Source: a virus
Lineage: Duplodnaviria > Caudoviricetes
Length of the DNA stretch: 64,000 nt
Direction: 5' to 3' (one strand)
Virus record (IMG/VR): IMGVR_UViG_3300021356_000016
Span: 1,374 to 65,373 of that record
Below are positions 54,838-64,000 of this stretch, piece by piece (the stretch's first letter is position 1; each line of letters begins with the position of its first letter). The position numbers and the translations under genes are program-made. The notes beneath the pieces are model-generated. The model did not search any database, was not told the DNA's origin, and saw only the letters and a program-made list of their open reading frames with translations.

Positions 54838-55462
54838 TAACATTTTAAGAGGCATTATTGAATACCCAAATTTAGAACTAAACTATTGGTCCATACAAAA
54901 AAACTCAACCACCTCACTTAAACATAGTTTTCAGATATTGAATGGAACTATAAATCATTTACATAAAAATGATGAAAGTTATAGAGAAAAAGATTACGAT
55001 GTTATACATCGACACAATAACTACATTTCTGTAAATCAGGCCAAAAACAACAACTATCGTAATATCATTTTTTCTAGAAATCCATATGATAGAGCGTTGA
55101 GCATGTATAAGTATCTGAAAAACAATCCAAAAATGGATAAGCACATATATGGGGTGCTAAGAAAAAAATGCAAAACCTTTTTTGAGTTTCTTACTGAAGT
55201 TCATGTGGGCAAACTCAATTCGAACTCAGGGTGTCTGATGTTTTGTTCACAATCAAACTATCTTGAAAAGGATGTTGAGTATACAAGGGTTAAACTAGAA
55301 GAACTTGAAACATTGCCGAGTGTATTGGGTATTAGTGACTTTCCTTTCTTTTATCTAAACAAAACTACCAAAGATGAAAAGGTACTAGATGATAAAGAAA
55401 TCGCACTTATAAACACCATCTATGAAAAAGACTTTTTAACATTTGGATATGAAATGAAATGA
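54827..55462 (+). CDS. Sulfotransferase family 2 protein
   Basis: IQKNSTTS (5'-PSB), RNPYDRALSMY (3'-PB), Y..DF..FGY end. Confidence 0.8.
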   Translation: MFPNNILRGIIEYPNLELNYWSIQKNSTTSLKHSFQILNGTINHLHKNDESYREKDYDVIHRHNNYISVNQAKNNNYRNIIFSRNPYDRALSMYKYLKNNPKMDKHIYGVLRKKCKTFFEFLTEVHVGKLNSNSGCLMFCSQSNYLEKDVEYTRVKLEELETLPSVLGISDFPFFYLNKTTKDEKVLDDKEIALINTIYEKDFLTFGYEMK

Positions 55463-55866
55463 AAAAAATATACGATAGCAACAACGAACTGTGTCACATG
55501 ATCTTCAAGGTCGAAAAAGAAGAGAAAAACTCTAGAACAGACATTGCACCACCTGACCAGTTTATTCAAGTATCACATTTAAACTTCGAAAAGGGCAAAA
55601 CCTTTAGACCGCATAAACACATATGGAAACCTTCTCCTAGGGAAGAAGTTATCGCACAAGAATCTTGGTGTGTTGTTAAAGGTGCTGTAAAGGCATTTTT
55701 ATATGATGCACAAGGAAACTTGCTTCATACTGAAATCCTGACTGCCGGCGAAATATCACTAACATTTCAAGGTGGACATACATATGAAATTTTAGAAGAT
55801 GCTGAAGTCTATGAGTATAAAACCGGTCCGTATGAAGGCCAATCCTTAGACAAGGAGTTCATTTGA
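55459..55866 (+). CDS. Cupin-fold protein (WbuC-like)
   Basis: PHKH...QE, GGH.Y, YEYKTGPY. Confidence 0.75.
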   Translation: MKKIYDSNNELCHMIFKVEKEEKNSRTDIAPPDQFIQVSHLNFEKGKTFRPHKHIWKPSPREEVIAQESWCVVKGAVKAFLYDAQGNLLHTEILTAGEISLTFQGGHTYEILEDAEVYEYKTGPYEGQSLDKEFI

Positions 55867-56405
55867 TGAAAATACACATTGGCTGCGGTAGTCGAGATTT
55901 TGGCAAAGATTGGGTGCATATTGACGGCGGCGATTTTGAGCATGTTCAATATAACGACATAACAGATCTAAGCCAGTTTGAACCTAACTCTGTAGATTTG
56001 ATTTATGCTTCCCATGTATTGGAATATTTTGATAGAAAAGAAGTCATGTATGTTTTAGATAACTGGTATAGCGTTTTGAAAGTGGGCGGTATTCTTAGAT
56101 TAGCAGTTCCTGATTTTGAAGCAATGGCAAAACTATATGTTGCTGGTTCACATTCACTTACTGCGTTTTTAGGACCGTTGTATGGTAAAATGGAAATGAA
56201 CGATCAAACGATCTACCATAAAACAACATACGATTTTCAATCTATTAAAAACATACTTTTTGGTAGAAAGTTTACAACCGTACGATATTGGAACTGGAGG
56301 GAAACAGAGCATTCTCATATAGATGACTGTTCGCAGGCCTATTTACCTCACATGGAAAAAAGTAAAGGTGTACTTATAAGTTTAAATGTGGAGGCCATAA
56401 AATGA
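55863..56405 (+). CDS. SAM-dependent methyltransferase (type 11-like)
   Basis: IHIGCG, SVDLIYASHVLEY, VLKVGGILRLAVPDF, SLNVEA. Confidence 0.85.
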   Translation: MMKIHIGCGSRDFGKDWVHIDGGDFEHVQYNDITDLSQFEPNSVDLIYASHVLEYFDRKEVMYVLDNWYSVLKVGGILRLAVPDFEAMAKLYVAGSHSLTAFLGPLYGKMEMNDQTIYHKTTYDFQSIKNILFGRKFTTVRYWNWRETEHSHIDDCSQAYLPHMEKSKGVLISLNVEAIK

Positions 56406-57010
56406 ACTCATTTAATGTAGTACGTGATTTTGAAAAACGAGTAGCTGATTTCTTTGGTGCACCCTATGCTGTTGCGACTGATTGTTGTACTCATGCTGTT
56501 GAGTTATGTTTAAGATATAGAAATCAGCAAACTATCTGCAGTCCAAAACACACATACGTTTCTATACCAATGCTTGCGCGTAAGCTCGACATTAAACTAG
56601 AATGGCATGACTTTGAATGGACTGGAATGTATAAAGTTAATGATTCCTTAACTCCAAGCATCTTTGATGCCGCCACACTTTGGAAAAAAGATTCATACAT
56701 ACCTTATTCCTATATGTGTTTGAGTTTCCAATTTCAAAAACATTTGTCTTTAGGAAAAGGCGGCATGATTCTACTTCAGGACAAAGATGAAGCGAATGGG
56801 CTGAGGCGCATGGCTTACGATGGACGTGCTCCCGATGTTCCTTGGAGAGAGCAAAATATACTTGAAATGGGATATCATTATTACATGACACCAGAAACAG
56901 CACAACTAGGATTAGATAAGTTGCCAGATGCTATAAAACGCGAACCGAAAATATGGTCTTGGAAAGACTATCCTGATCTAACAACAATGGGTGTATTTAA
57001 ATATGGGTAA
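56402..57010 (+). CDS. DegT/DnrJ/EryC1/StrS PLP aminotransferase, short form
   Basis: FEKRVADFFGAPYAVATDCCT, DAA, SFQFQKHL..GKGGM, GYHYYM. Confidence 0.85.
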   Translation: MNSFNVVRDFEKRVADFFGAPYAVATDCCTHAVELCLRYRNQQTICSPKHTYVSIPMLARKLDIKLEWHDFEWTGMYKVNDSLTPSIFDAATLWKKDSYIPYSYMCLSFQFQKHLSLGKGGMILLQDKDEANGLRRMAYDGRAPDVPWREQNILEMGYHYYMTPETAQLGLDKLPDAIKREPKIWSWKDYPDLTTMGVFKYG

Positions 57011-57971
57011 AAAAATTGCATTGATAACTGGTATAAGTGGTCAAGATGGAAGCTATCTATCGGAACATTTACTGGAAGAAGGCTTTGAAGTTCACGGAAT
57101 AATCCGAAGACATTCTACTGCTGAAAATCAAAGTGACAGATTGAACCACATCTTAGATAACTGCCATTTGCATTATGGTGATATGTTAGATGAGATGAGT
57201 ATTCTTCGTGTTCTCAAAAAAGTAAAGCCGACACATATTTTTAACCTTGCTGCAATGTCACATGTGCGCATTAGTTGGGATATGCCAGCGTTTACAATTA
57301 AGACAAATGCAGAAGGTGTTCTTAACTTGTTAGAATGTTATAGACTAGAAGCACCTGAAGCTAAGTTCTATCAAGCATCTTCATCTGAAATGTTTGGAAA
57401 TTCAGTAGACGCTGACGGATATCAGAGATTAACCACACCCATGACGCCAACTAGTCCTTATGGATGTGCTAAGGTTATGGCGTTCAATCTGGTCAATCAC
57501 TATAGAAATGCATACAATTTACATGCATGTAACGGCATTTTGTTTAATCACGAATCTCCTAGACGTGGATCCAATTTTGTAACCAACAAGGTTTGTAAAA
57601 CCGTTGCTCAAATTAAAAAGGGAGAGGTAGATGTACTTGAGTTAGGAAACATGGATTCCTACAGAGATTGGGGCCATTCTTACGATTATGTAAGAGCAAT
57701 GAAACTTATCATAGACCACGAAGAACCTGATAACTGGATTGTTGCTACTGGTGAAACACGTAGTGTCAGAGATATGTGCGAGATTGTATTTTCGTACGTA
57801 GGGTTAGACTATAAAGACTATGTAGTTCAAAATGAAAAATACATGAGACCAGAAGAGTTGGAATATTTGAAAGGTGATAGTTACTTAACTAGAAAAGAGC
57901 TTGGCTGGAAACCAAGCTACTCTTTTGAAGAAATGATGCACGAAATGGTTGATTATTGGATGGGACGTTAA
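57003..57971 (+). CDS. gmd: GDP-mannose 4,6-dehydratase
   Basis: ALITGISGQDGSYL, NLAAMSHV, YQASSSEMFG, SPYGCAK, LFNHESPRRG, RDWGH. Confidence 0.96.
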   Translation: MGKKIALITGISGQDGSYLSEHLLEEGFEVHGIIRRHSTAENQSDRLNHILDNCHLHYGDMLDEMSILRVLKKVKPTHIFNLAAMSHVRISWDMPAFTIKTNAEGVLNLLECYRLEAPEAKFYQASSSEMFGNSVDADGYQRLTTPMTPTSPYGCAKVMAFNLVNHYRNAYNLHACNGILFNHESPRRGSNFVTNKVCKTVAQIKKGEVDVLELGNMDSYRDWGHSYDYVRAMKLIIDHEEPDNWIVATGETRSVRDMCEIVFSYVGLDYKDYVVQNEKYMRPEELEYLKGDSYLTRKELGWKPSYSFEEMMHEMVDYWMGR

Positions 57972-58669
57972 TGGCTTAGCATTTGTGTGTAGTTAAAGTT
58001 TTGTAGGTTTCTTACAAGCACATCAAACTCTTTCCAAAATCCATAGGGATAACACATGTCCCTATGGAAACATTGAACATCTAAAGTTTCGTTCAGTAAT
58101 GCCGGTGTCCACATAAAAGTAGAGGGTATGCCATATACCCTCTTTGCTTTTGATAGTGATAACCAATCGCCTATGGTTGTATCATTTTCACTGCACTCGT
58201 AATCTTTAAACCTTTCAAGGTAGTTTTTATCATCAACAAAAATCGTTGGATTGTTTAGTTGTCCAGCAACAGTTTCATAAGTCTCCATACTACACAATCT
58301 TCTATCTTTTAAATAACGAACATGCAAAATGTTCTCGTAAGTGGAGCTCTCATGTGTATGCTTTATTGTGATTTCCTTTCTTATTTTTTCTATGTGTTTG
58401 CACAAAAGTTCAACTGACTTTACATTGTACTTAACCTTTTGTGTACCACTAACTACTTCAACGTTGGGTTGTGTTTGAAAATCTAGTACTTCCTTGAAGT
58501 ATAGTATATCGGTGTGTAACTCAGGATATAGATTTTCTATTTCTTGACCATAGTTGTATGCGTTTACTTTTATGCTCTTCACATTCTCCTTTTTTTCATA
58601 CGCGATAGCATAACCCAACAATATTTGTAAAACCTGTGTTCCCAGACTTCCTCTTATTTGAATTTGCAT
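57968..58669 (-). CDS. GT11-like (alpha-1,2-fucosyltransferase-like) protein
   Basis: GSLGTQ (cf. GxLGNQ), LHVR, D...LS....STF.W motifs; divergent. Confidence 0.55.
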   Translation of the reverse strand: MQIQIRGSLGTQVLQILLGYAIAYEKKENVKSIKVNAYNYGQEIENLYPELHTDILYFKEVLDFQTQPNVEVVSGTQKVKYNVKSVELLCKHIEKIRKEITIKHTHESSTYENILHVRYLKDRRLCSMETYETVAGQLNNPTIFVDDKNYLERFKDYECSENDTTIGDWLSLSKAKRVYGIPSTFMWTPALLNETLDVQCFHRDMCYPYGFWKEFDVLVRNLQNFNYTQMLSH

Positions 58670-59607
58670 AATATATTCTCCAGTTTGTCAAACGATTCTC
58701 TTATGTTAAAATGAACATCAAGGTAGTGATTTATAAACGCAGTATAATTTTTGCATGATGTATCTATTTGCATGTCTCGATGAAACGGTATAGTAACACC
58801 ATTATAGTCAGCATTACCAAAGCAAACAATAGGCTTACGATGGAGAATGGCTTCTAATCCAGTGCCTCCAGAGTTAACAGTAAACATTGCTTCACAGTTT
58901 CTAAGACATTCGTGAATGTTTGCTTCGTTTACCCACATGTCATGCTCATCTGCATGTTTATTGAATGTCTGCATTAAAGGTATCATTGAACCAAGATTTA
59001 CGGGATGACCTTTGACAACTACTGGAATGTTATTTCTTTTGCCAAAGTCAAGTGTATGTCTTATTGCTTCATCCACAGATATATTGCTATGATTTTTTAT
59101 AACAGTATCGTGTGGTAACTGTGCAGTGAAGAGTATGTATTTTTCAGGCAGTTTAACGTTATGCTTTGGTTGAGAAAATTTGCTTACGTTGTTTAAAACT
59201 ATTTCTTTATAAAGCTCATCAAACCTATCTGTTTCATTACTACCTTTATTTGGGTTAAGAGGAAATCTAGAATCTGTTGCACACCAACCTTGATGATCTA
59301 TTGAAAAAAGAAATGGGATTCCCATCTGCATACAGTAAAGAATATTTTCTCCTGGGAAGTCATGTTTTTCTCGATGAAGCATAAGACCAACGTCATAATC
59401 CTTAGCATCATCTGGTGTAAACTCCCACATTGGTTTTTTGAGTACTGTTAGCTCGTGATTATATTTCTCACAATGCTCACGAATGCGCCTTTCAAACTCA
59501 ACATAGTGTAGACGAACTGGATTATTAGGCGGGCCTTCTTTTAAAGGCACATGCGGCGTTGGTTTAAAGCTTATATCAAGCCTCGGGGACATATAAAGTA
59601 TTTTCAT
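58654..59607 (-). CDS. Capsule_synth (KpsS/KpsC, beta-Kdo transferase-like) protein
   Basis: SKFSQ, LFTAQLPHDTVI, VVVKGHP, TVNSG.TGLEAIL..KPIVCFG. Confidence 0.75.
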   Translation of the reverse strand: MKILYMSPRLDISFKPTPHVPLKEGPPNNPVRLHYVEFERRIREHCEKYNHELTVLKKPMWEFTPDDAKDYDVGLMLHREKHDFPGENILYCMQMGIPFLFSIDHQGWCATDSRFPLNPNKGSNETDRFDELYKEIVLNNVSKFSQPKHNVKLPEKYILFTAQLPHDTVIKNHSNISVDEAIRHTLDFGKRNNIPVVVKGHPVNLGSMIPLMQTFNKHADEHDMWVNEANIHECLRNCEAMFTVNSGGTGLEAILHRKPIVCFGNADYNGVTIPFHRDMQIDTSCKNYTAFINHYLDVHFNIRESFDKLENILCKFK

Positions 59608-60542
59608 ATAAACGGATTCACTCTTGTTACACCATGGATTGCATGGCGCTCATTGTTATTCATTTCCCTACCACGGGCGTGGAATCCACCGACATTTGCT
59701 ATGATTAGTGTATTGGCTTTCACATGCAATGGTTTCATCTCATATCCCATGACTTCAAGTTCTTCCTTTGAAGCTCGCAAAGAACCTTCGCCTTGTGCTT
59801 TTGCTCGCCAAGGTTCCGCCTTTCCTTCTGCTGTTTCAAGACAACGATCATACCAAAACTGAATTAGTGAGTTTGTTAACTGGCAACTTCCTACGGAATA
59901 GTTAAGGGCATTGTTTTCCGTAGTGTCATTAAGAAACAACCACCATTTCATTGAAGGAAAGAAAGTATCTGAATGATACTCATTTTGTTGGTCATAACCT
60001 TCAGCATCATAAATCATATTGGCTGTTGCATGTGCTTGTGCAGGAAAGATTAGGCGCTGATAATGAGTACGCGTGTTGAAACTCTTCTGCATATCTTTAT
60101 TCCAAGTACCAAGACAGTTTTCAAGTCTTTTGCGTACATCAGATAGCATATTGAGTTCATCGGTACCAAGAACAGTGGATGGGGAATAACCTACTCTAGA
60201 AGGCATTTTAGCGCATTTTTCGCTAAAGTATTTGTAGTCTTGATCATTGAGGTAGTTTTCTATAATAACGGCACCTTCATTCATATATTGGGGAAGGGCA
60301 CCGTTTTTGATATAACTTAAATGACTGATGATAAGACGAAGAACATTTGCTCCACGATAGTTTAGTTCACGATCTGTGATAATGTTCTTATTGCCACTAA
60401 AAAAATATTTGGTGTTATTTTTTGTTACTTTTTCAGCAAGGCTTGTCCATTGCTCAGCAGACTCAAGATCACTTAGTTCTTTGATTTCCTTGAGTGTGTA
60501 GGGATTATTTGGTGTTGATGAAATGAACTCTGCAAACATCAA
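59604..60542 (-). CDS. 2OG-Fe(II) dioxygenase (PhyH-like)
   Basis: YHSDTFFP..KWWLFL, Y..GS, NTLIIAN..GFHARG (HxD...H triad). Confidence 0.8.
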   Translation of the reverse strand: MMFAEFISSTPNNPYTLKEIKELSDLESAEQWTSLAEKVTKNNTKYFFSGNKNIITDRELNYRGANVLRLIISHLSYIKNGALPQYMNEGAVIIENYLNDQDYKYFSEKCAKMPSRVGYSPSTVLGTDELNMLSDVRKRLENCLGTWNKDMQKSFNTRTHYQRLIFPAQAHATANMIYDAEGYDQQNEYHSDTFFPSMKWWLFLNDTTENNALNYSVGSCQLTNSLIQFWYDRCLETAEGKAEPWRAKAQGEGSLRASKEELEVMGYEMKPLHVKANTLIIANVGGFHARGREMNNNERHAIHGVTRVNPFI

Positions 60543-61090
60543 ACCTTCCTGAAAAACATCCCATGTTTTTTGTAAAAAGGTTTTCTCATGAGGCTCGCTT
60601 CTTTGAGCTCTGTTGTTTTATCGCCGTCATAAGAAAACCCGTATTCTCCAAAAACATCAATCCAATATTCGGTTGGTTGGCAGTTAACGTGGTGGTGTCC
60701 CGTGTGTCCTGGAGGAGCTGCAGTACATACTACATGTTTACATTTGGCAAACTCTGGCATGAAGTTTGGAATGTATTTTTCCTCAACATGTTCTAAAAAC
60801 TCAACAGACCAAGCAAGATCAAACTCTTTATCTACAAGAGGATCCGTCACTGTACCAGTAGTAAAATCATGCGTTACAAACAGTGTTGGATTTAGTTCAA
60901 GAGTAAAATCTCCGTCAATACCAACAGCGTCAAGTCTACGATTGCGAGCAAGCTCAACCATATCACCTGGTCCACATCCAATATCAAGCATTGACTTAAC
61001 ACCACATGTGTTAATCATGTTTAGAAGAATGCCTCGATCGACGTGTACTTTGTTTAAATGGCCACCAAGATGTTCTGGTAAATCTGTCAT
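60539..61090 (-). CDS. SAM-dependent methyltransferase
   Basis: LDIGCGPG, GIDGD, FDLAWSVEFLEHV, GHHHVNCQ..EYW. Confidence 0.88.
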   Translation of the reverse strand: MTDLPEHLGGHLNKVHVDRGILLNMINTCGVKSMLDIGCGPGDMVELARNRRLDAVGIDGDFTLELNPTLFVTHDFTTGTVTDPLVDKEFDLAWSVEFLEHVEEKYIPNFMPEFAKCKHVVCTAAPPGHTGHHHVNCQPTEYWIDVFGEYGFSYDGDKTTELKEASLMRKPFYKKHGMFFRKV

Positions 61091-61761
61091 TTTTTATGCT
61101 CTCCAAGTGCTTTTACGAACTTTTCATGTGAATATTTTCTTTGACCCTTTCCGGTCCAAATAACGGAATCTTCAACAAACTCCCAGTCTATATATTTCTT
61201 GTCTATTTGTTCAAAAGAAAGGTCACTGTTTTCTTTAAAATAGTTATGTGCTCTCCACAAAATGACTTGATCTATAAACCATATGTTCTCGTTGATCATG
61301 TTTAATGTTTGGCCTACTTGCCGGGCAAAATCTATTCCATTTTTGTCTATGTATACTGCACCTGCTGCTACATTCGTACCTTCTTTTTCTAAACCAGTTG
61401 TCCCTGGTAATGGATCTCTTAAAAACAATGCGTAATCGCTAGAAGGAAACTCCATTTCCTTTAAAACAAGACAATCGGTATCAATAAAGAATAGCCCATC
61501 AACATCAAGGTTATTTAAGAGAGCTTCTGAAAATATGAATCTAGCAGATGCATAAAACGACTTATAAGTTCTGTTATCTGCTATTGTATGGAACTCAGTG
61601 TTTTTATAGCTTTGATTTGATATGAACTCTTTATTTTCTTCAGTAGGATTTATAACAACTACTATCAGTTTGGTTTCGTTTAGTTTTTCTACAGAGTTTA
61701 TCAATGCTGATGCAAACTCTTTAAAATACACACTATCACATACAGTACATAGTTTTTTCAC
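61087..61761 (-). CDS. GT-A glycosyltransferase-like protein
   Basis: CDSVYF, YASARF, IDTD (DxD), WFIDQ, IWTGKG. Confidence 0.7.
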   Translation of the reverse strand: MKKLCTVCDSVYFKEFASALINSVEKLNETKLIVVVINPTEENKEFISNQSYKNTEFHTIADNRTYKSFYASARFIFSEALLNNLDVDGLFFIDTDCLVLKEMEFPSSDYALFLRDPLPGTTGLEKEGTNVAAGAVYIDKNGIDFARQVGQTLNMINENIWFIDQVILWRAHNYFKENSDLSFEQIDKKYIDWEFVEDSVIWTGKGQRKYSHEKFVKALGEHKK

Positions 61762-62492
61762 TTACCATAGCCTCCATATTCAACTTTATTTTTGAGCAAG
61801 GATTCATCAAAAGGATAAAATACCTTTGCTTCATCAAATGTATTCCAAAACAAATCGACCAAATCTTTTCTTGGATGTTCTTTTGGTGTGCCTTTAAACC
61901 ATTCTGGCTGCCAAGGTTGTGTGGGCATATGTGTATAGTGAAGAAGCCAAAAAGGTTCTACGTCGCCGTCATGACTATTCCATGCTGGATCCAGATTACC
62001 AACAACATTGTTCTGTATCATTAGTTGTATGTATTGCTGATGGAAATGATCCAAATGCTTCCATTGTTCGGATGGCTGCACACCTTTCCATCTAGCACAA
62101 TCGAATAGCATCACACAAAACTCTTTGCCACCAAACCTTTTACCATCTCTTGCGAGACACATTTTACCTTCCGGTATTTCCAAATCAAAAAGATCACCAA
62201 TGTCACGGAAGTTTAACATATCTACATCAGTGTAGATGGCTTTACCTTCAAAGTTACAATATTCTGGAATACCCCAACGAAAACCACTGAACGGTGTTGA
62301 CCATTGTTTGTCATTCCAACCATGCCAAAACTTGTTCTCTTCATTTAGTCGTGCGGCATTGACTTTACGCATCCATACGATTTCTAAATCTCTTGAGGTA
62401 TTTTTCCTAAGAGTGTGTTCGTATGCTGCTTCGGCCTTCCAATCTTCACCATTGGCTGAAGTGCCAATGAACATTTTAACTTTATTACTCAT
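61758..62492 (-). CDS. GT-A (GT8-like) glycosyltransferase
   Basis: TPFSGFRW.IPE.C...GKAIYTDVDM, VMLFDC, WN..D, LLHYT.M.TQPW. Confidence 0.82.
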   Translation of the reverse strand: MSNKVKMFIGTSANGEDWKAEAAYEHTLRKNTSRDLEIVWMRKVNAARLNEENKFWHGWNDKQWSTPFSGFRWGIPEYCNFEGKAIYTDVDMLNFRDIGDLFDLEIPEGKMCLARDGKRFGGKEFCVMLFDCARWKGVQPSEQWKHLDHFHQQYIQLMIQNNVVGNLDPAWNSHDGDVEPFWLLHYTHMPTQPWQPEWFKGTPKEHPRKDLVDLFWNTFDEAKVFYPFDESLLKNKVEYGGYGK

Positions 62493-62819
62493 TTAAAATC
62501 CTATACTTTCTCCACACCCACATGTTGTTTTCACATTTGGATTCTCTATCACAAATGATTGTGAAAAGATTGTTTCTTTAAAATCCAAAGTAGAACCTTC
62601 GAGATACATCATGCTCATTGGATCTACCACCACTCTTTCTCCTATGTATATATCGTCTTCTTGGCTTTTGGTTACGTCAAAGTTGTACTTGAATCCGGTG
62701 CAGCCACCACCTTGTATTTCTACACGAAACACGTTATCTTTAGGTTTTGGTGCAAGTCCCATTCCATCTCCATATAAAACGAGTTCCACTCTTTTCTGCG
62801 CAGCTTCTGTGATGTTCAT
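62493..62819 (-). CDS. A-type Fe-S cluster carrier (HesB/IscA/ErpA)
   Basis: GGGCTGFKY, VDPMS..YL.GS.LDF, NPN...TCGCGES. Confidence 0.92.
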   Translation of the reverse strand: MNITEAAQKRVELVLYGDGMGLAPKPKDNVFRVEIQGGGCTGFKYNFDVTKSQEDDIYIGERVVVDPMSMMYLEGSTLDFKETIFSQSFVIENPNVKTTCGCGESIGF

Positions 62820-63097
62820 TGTGCCATCATATGTTTAAATTCGTTTACAAGTGTCATGGTATAGACTCCGAGCAAAAAGATATTCATTACAATTAATGAC
62901 CGATCCTGCCACATCATGCCAACAACCGACCATGATAGAAAACAAATCAAGCCCACGATCATGTTATAAGGAAACATATTTGCAGCACTCAAAATTGCTG
63001 TAATGATACCTGTGATACTGCCCAACCACTTTAACCACCAAGAAAAACCTTCTGATGGTGTAGTTTTTTCAACAGTATTTTTTTCTATCTCTTCCAT
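62816..63097 (-). CDS. Small membrane protein
   Basis: Three hydrophobic segments; W.LKW, YPYN-like, W.DRSL..MN. Confidence 0.7.
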   Translation of the reverse strand: MEEIEKNTVEKTTPSEGFSWWLKWLGSITGIITAILSAANMFPYNMIVGLICFLSWSVVGMMWQDRSLIVMNIFLLGVYTMTLVNEFKHMMAQ

Positions 63098-63518
63098 ATT
63101 CTCTGGCCTCCACTATATGTTTTGGTTTCCTTCTGTAGTTGCCAATGGTTTCGTTGTACCATCCATCTTCTTCCAAAACATTATTCATAAACTGTTGCTT
63201 CACTTCTTCGTAATTACAATCGCCTCTTGTAATATGAAGCGATACAATACGCCTTTCAAAATTCATCATACCATATTTTTGAATATCTTCCAAAAGTTGT
63301 TTTGAACTTCCGTAGTATTCTTTCCAATCGCTTTCGGTACGAACTCTTTTCTTTTTGCCACGAACTTTACGAATGTTATAGAAATACTTTCTACCAATGT
63401 ATCTCTTATTGTTTAACTTATTCGTAATACAATAAACAAACCCTTCGAACTTTCCTATCTGGTCTGTATCGAAGGGTTCGTTATTAAACAGCCAGGGATT
63501 GTCATATGTCAATCCCAT
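63069..63518 (-). CDS. GIY-YIG-like conserved phage protein
   Basis: GFVYCITN....YIGRK, ESDWKEYYGSS, F.R.I, YN..I. Confidence 0.8.
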   Translation of the reverse strand: MGLTYDNPWLFNNEPFDTDQIGKFEGFVYCITNKLNNKRYIGRKYFYNIRKVRGKKKRVRTESDWKEYYGSSKQLLEDIQKYGMMNFERRIVSLHITRGDCNYEEVKQQFMNNVLEEDGWYNETIGNYRRKPKHIVEAREYGRDRKKYC

Positions 63519-63706
63519 TCTTCATCGTCTAGAGAATCGTCAAAATCAGGTTCCCATGGCATTTTATCTTCATCAAATACTTCTGTAACAAAACTACCAC
63601 AGAATGGACAATACTTTGATTCTTGTACTTCGTTATGATGGAGTTTAAACATTGCACCACATTCGGTGCAGTTAAATGATTGTACTATGAGATCTTCATT
63701 CGACAT
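63509..63706 (-). CDS. Zinc-ribbon protein
   Basis: CTECG...YCPFCG with an acidic tail. ATG 63706 has an AGGAG RBS. Confidence 0.75.
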   Translation of the reverse strand: MSNEDLIVQSFNCTECGAMFKLHHNEVQESKYCPFCGSFVTEVFDEDKMPWEPDFDDSLDDEEWD

Positions 63707-63716
63707 AGATTCTCCT

Positions 63717-64000
63717 TTATGTTGCCCAGACCTCCGACCAATCACCAGTCAGAGCGCCTTTGGCATAATCGGTACTCCGATTCTCAAAGAACGATGTGTG
63801 AATTGGTGCGTTGACCATTTCTTCTACCCAGGGTAATGGATTCTTCTTCACTTTAAATATACCTTTCATTCCCATTGAGATAAGTCTTCTATCTGCTATA
63901 TATCTAACATAAGATTTCACCTCTTCTTCTGTTAGATTTTCCATTTGTCCCATTGTAAATGCCAAATCAATAAACTTATCTTCTAGTTCTACCATCTTTG
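63717..64000 (-). CDS. nrdB: Ribonucleotide reductase class Ia beta subunit, 3' end
   Basis: ELEDKFIDLAF, YVRYIADRRL, NPLPW, FFENRSTDY. Truncated by the window end. Confidence 0.92.
   Translation of the reverse strand, partial: KMVELEDKFIDLAFTMGQMENLTEEEVKSYVRYIADRRLISMGMKGIFKVKKNPLPWVEEMVNAPIHTSFFENRSTDYAKGALTGDWSEVWAT

Noticed and set aside
52873-62492. Glycan cluster as a bacterial contaminant or a T4-style hmC DNA glucosylation locus
   Set aside because: It is tightly coupled to phage genes on both sides with similar composition. No dCMP hydroxymethylase or recognisable T4 alpha/beta-glucosyltransferase is in the window, though DNA modification cannot be fully excluded.
63069-63518. GIY-YIG protein as a mobile homing endonuclease or intron ORF
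   Set aside because: Short, lacks a C-terminal DNA-binding region, interrupts no gene, and no intron structure is visible.
1-64000. Stop-codon reassignment
   Set aside because: Core genes are full length in the standard code, TAA, TAG and TGA all end genes, and no suppressor tRNA is seen.

Overview
AT-rich, gene-dense 64-kb segment of a T4-like (myovirus) phage genome, probably aquatic and infecting a Gram-negative host (inferred proteobacterium). Left part, mostly minus strand: fibre/whisker genes, neck gp13-gp14, an unusually long gp15 fusion, a DUF4815-type giant virion protein, baseplate gp8/gp7/gp6/gp25, lectin-domain and fibre genes, gp5.4 (PAAR), a lysozyme-less gp5, gp53, gp48. Then on the plus strand gp4, gp2, a gp54-like tube paralogue, gp26, a short gp51-like ORF and the tape measure gene. 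Centre: gp32, gp59, gp33, SleB-type hydrolase, a circularly permuted (two-piece) tmRNA, exonuclease, DenV-like glycosylase, RNase H, a divergent early promoter region with three IHF-consensus boxes, a DUF932-like gene and tRNA-Ile(UAU). Right part: a 17-kDa-antigen-like lipoprotein, a ~10-kb glycan cluster (kdsA, KpsS/C-like, gmd, DegT, sulfotransferase, methyltransferases, several glycosyltransferases, 2OG dioxygenase), iscA/erpA-like and the 3' end of nrdB. Main leads: (1) a candidate -1 frameshift T_TTT_TTT fusing gp26 to gp51 just upstream of the tape measure gene, like lambda G/GT or P2 E/E'; (2) a phage two-piece tmRNA led by an unexplained T-loop hairpin RNA; (3) (A/S/G)N-rich virion proteins together with the glycan cluster, suggesting virion glycosylation. 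All family calls come from motif recognition by eye, not from database searches.
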